Both the position numbers and the translations under genes were made by a program. From Eledone cirrhosa (Eukaryota), in assembly GCA_964016885.1 (NCBI GenBank), contig OZ024744.1, positions 22,072,001-22,136,000 on the forward strand: a DNA stretch of 64,000 bases, given 5' to 3'. The notes beneath the pieces are model-generated. The model was not told the origin of the DNA. It was given only the letters and a program-made list of their open reading frames with translations, and made no database searches. Of this stretch, positions 63,101-64,000 are shown in pieces. Numbering within the stretch: the stretch's first letter is position 1; each line of letters begins with the position of its first letter.

Positions 63101-64000
63101 GATGTAGTCGTGGTGGTCAGTTAGGTTGACATAGATAACATAGAGTGAGATGTTGTCATGGTGGTCAGTTAGGTTGACATAGATAACATAGGTGGGATGT
63201 TGTCGTGGTGGTCAGTTAGGTTGACATAGATAACATAGAGTGAGATGTTGTCGTGGTGGTCAGCTAGGTTGACATAGATAACATAGGTGGGATGTTGTCG
63301 TGGTGGTCAGTTAGGTTGACATAGATAACATAGGTAGGATGTTGTCGTGGTCAGTTAGGTTGATATAGATAACATTGGTGGGATGTTGTCGTGGTCAGTT
63401 AGGTTGACATAGCTAACATAGGTGGTATGTTGTCGTGGTGGTCAGTTAGGTTGACATAGATAACATAAGTGGGATGTTGTCGTGGTGGTCAGTTAGGTTG
63501 ACATAGATAACATAGGTGGGATGTTGTCGTGGTCAGTTAGGTTGACATAGCTAACATAGGTGGTATGTTGTCGTGGTGGTCAGTTAGGTTGACATAGATA
63601 ACATAGGTGGGATGTTGTCGTGGTCAGTTAGTTTGACATAGATAACATAGAGTGAGATGTTGTCGTGGTGGTCAGTTAGGTTGACATAGATAACATAGGT
63701 GGGATGTTGTCGGGGTGGTCAGTTAGGTTGACATAGATAACATAGGTGGGATGGTGTCGTGGTGGTCAGTTAGGTTGACATAGTTAACATAGGTGAGATG
63801 TTGTCGTGGTGGTCAGTTAGGTTGACATAGATAACATAGAGTGAGATGTTGTCGTGGTGGTCAGTTAGGTTGACATAGATAATATAGAGTGAGATGTTGT
63901 CGTGATGGTCAGTTAGGTTGACATAGATAACATAGGTGGGATGTTGTCGTGGTCAGTTAGGTTGATATAGATAACATTGGTGGGATGTTGTCGTGGTCAG
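36121..64000 (+). repeat. GT-rich satellite layer 2: homogeneous 44-48-bp monomer GGTCAGTTAGGTTGACATAGATAACATAG(GTGG/AGTGA)GATGTTGTCGT(GGT) with higher-order repeats
   Basis: The common monomer counts as 47 bp (48 with AGAGTGAG, 3 bp shorter without one GGT). The array runs off the window end. The track reports no ORF in this layer. Confidence 0.97.

Noticed and set aside
25180-64000. CRISPR-like appearance of regularly spaced 37-48-bp repeats
   Set aside because: These are head-to-tail monomers with no unique spacers, no cas genes and a eukaryotic context.

Overview
This is repeat-dominated eukaryotic DNA with no recognisable host protein-coding gene. The SINE types, the long (TA)n/(TATG)n/(CA)n tracts and the LINE content suggest a coleoid cephalopod (Octopus-like) genome, which is an inference. 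1-4.4 kb is a purine-rich 16-bp satellite with a ~2.5-kb internal duplication. 4.4-25 kb is a microsatellite-rich field of SINEs, MITE-like inverted repeats and (TA)n-centred palindromes. Within it, 10-17.7 kb is a nest of non-LTR retrotransposons joined by (TATG)n/(TA)n: two 5'-truncated RTE-clade LINEs ending in three C2H2 zinc fingers, a 600-bp bipartite non-autonomous RTE derivative, and two R4/Dong-like restriction-like-endonuclease (RLE) LINE copies on the minus strand. 25.2-64 kb is one GT-rich satellite array in two layers: an older diverged 37/40-bp monomer, then an abrupt switch at ~36,120 to a homogeneous 44-48-bp derivative with higher-order repeats of ~1.45 kb and 2,934 bp. Two Penelope-type minimal hammerhead-like motifs are present, one ~45 bp from the start of the large satellite. 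Nearly all ORFs in the supplied track are translations of repeats. All family assignments are by motif recognition, not database search.
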